In this document: positions 63,439-64,000 of the stretch, piece after piece
How positions within the stretch are numbered: position 1 is the first letter of the stretch
Layout of the letters: every line of letters starts with the position of its first letter
Assembly: GCA_044892525.1 (NCBI GenBank)
Contig: CM097885.1
Coordinates: forward strand, 6,946,001-7,010,000
DNA: 64,000 nt
Direction of reading: 5' to 3'
Source of the DNA: Schmidtea polychroa
Lineage: Eukaryota
Program-made: the position numbers and the translations under genes
The notes under the pieces: model-generated
The model's database searches: none
Told to the model about the DNA's origin: nothing
Seen by the model: only the letters and a program-made list of their open reading frames with translations

Positions 63439-64000
63439 ATAACTCTCCCCTTCTTTAAGGAACTGCCCATCTCTTAAGCCATTCAATTCGTCTGAGTTTC
63501 TTTGTCGTCCCATCACTCAATTCCACCTGGTGTTCTGACAAAAACTTTGATATGACAAACGGACCTTCATACTGTAGTCCATCTTTGTCACCGATTTTGT
63601 GGTTCTTTCCGAACTAATACTTTCTCCCCCACCGTGAAACATCGATTCGTTCTCTTCTCTGTTTTTATCTCTTTCATTCGTTTAGCTGCTTTCTCACTGT
63701 TCTCTCTTACCAATCTATGTATCTCAACTGTATCCAATGTCGTCTGAGGCAATGTTGAATGAAGGTTAATCTTCCTCCCAAAAACAATTTCAAATGGAGA
63801 AAATCCCGTCGCGCTCTGTTGTGTCACGTTGATACAAAATTCTACTCGAGGAAGTAACTCCGCCCAATTTCGCTCTCCTAGTCCACCTGCTAATGATGTC
63901 GCCAGCAAGTCTCTGACTGTCCGTATTGTTCTCTCAACTAAACCGTTAGATTGATGCTGATATGGTGAACTGAACTGTTGCGTAATACCCAGTCTTCCTA
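63439..64000 (-). mobile_element. Gypsy-type LTR retrotransposon integrase 3' end and polypurine tract
   Basis: SPYQHQSNGLVERTIRT..TGFSPFEIVFGR..VGEKVLV..YEGPF. PPT AAAGAAGGGGAGAG at 63443-63456, then a likely LTR start. Confidence 0.88.

Overview
AT-rich eukaryotic DNA, probably an invertebrate such as a planarian (inferred from (TAA)n tracts, 40-50 nt introns and a TRAF-like pseudogene). The window is a nest of Maverick/Polinton (adintovirus-like) endogenous DNA viruses from at least two families. Element A (8768 to the N-gap at 20743) is intron-free. It carries MCP, a ZnF-PLA2-integrase fusion, a broken ATPase, a pX-like protein, a protease, penton, a fibre-like protein, a membrane protein and pPolB, with three tRNA-like Pol III units in its terminal region. 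Element C (36149-55178, about 19 kb) is structurally complete, with composite ~2.8 kb TIRs, spliceosomal mini-introns in core genes, two tandem pentons and a TATA-binding-protein homologue. Decayed or partial relatives lie at 20983-25946, 27853-30195, 33379-36148 and 57837-63130. Also present: a near-perfect 5.3 kb palindrome (3481-8768), a recurrent ~90 bp cis-motif, and Penelope, hAT and Gypsy remnants. All calls come from reading motifs by eye; no database searches were run. Several frameshifts fall in homopolymers and may be assembly errors.
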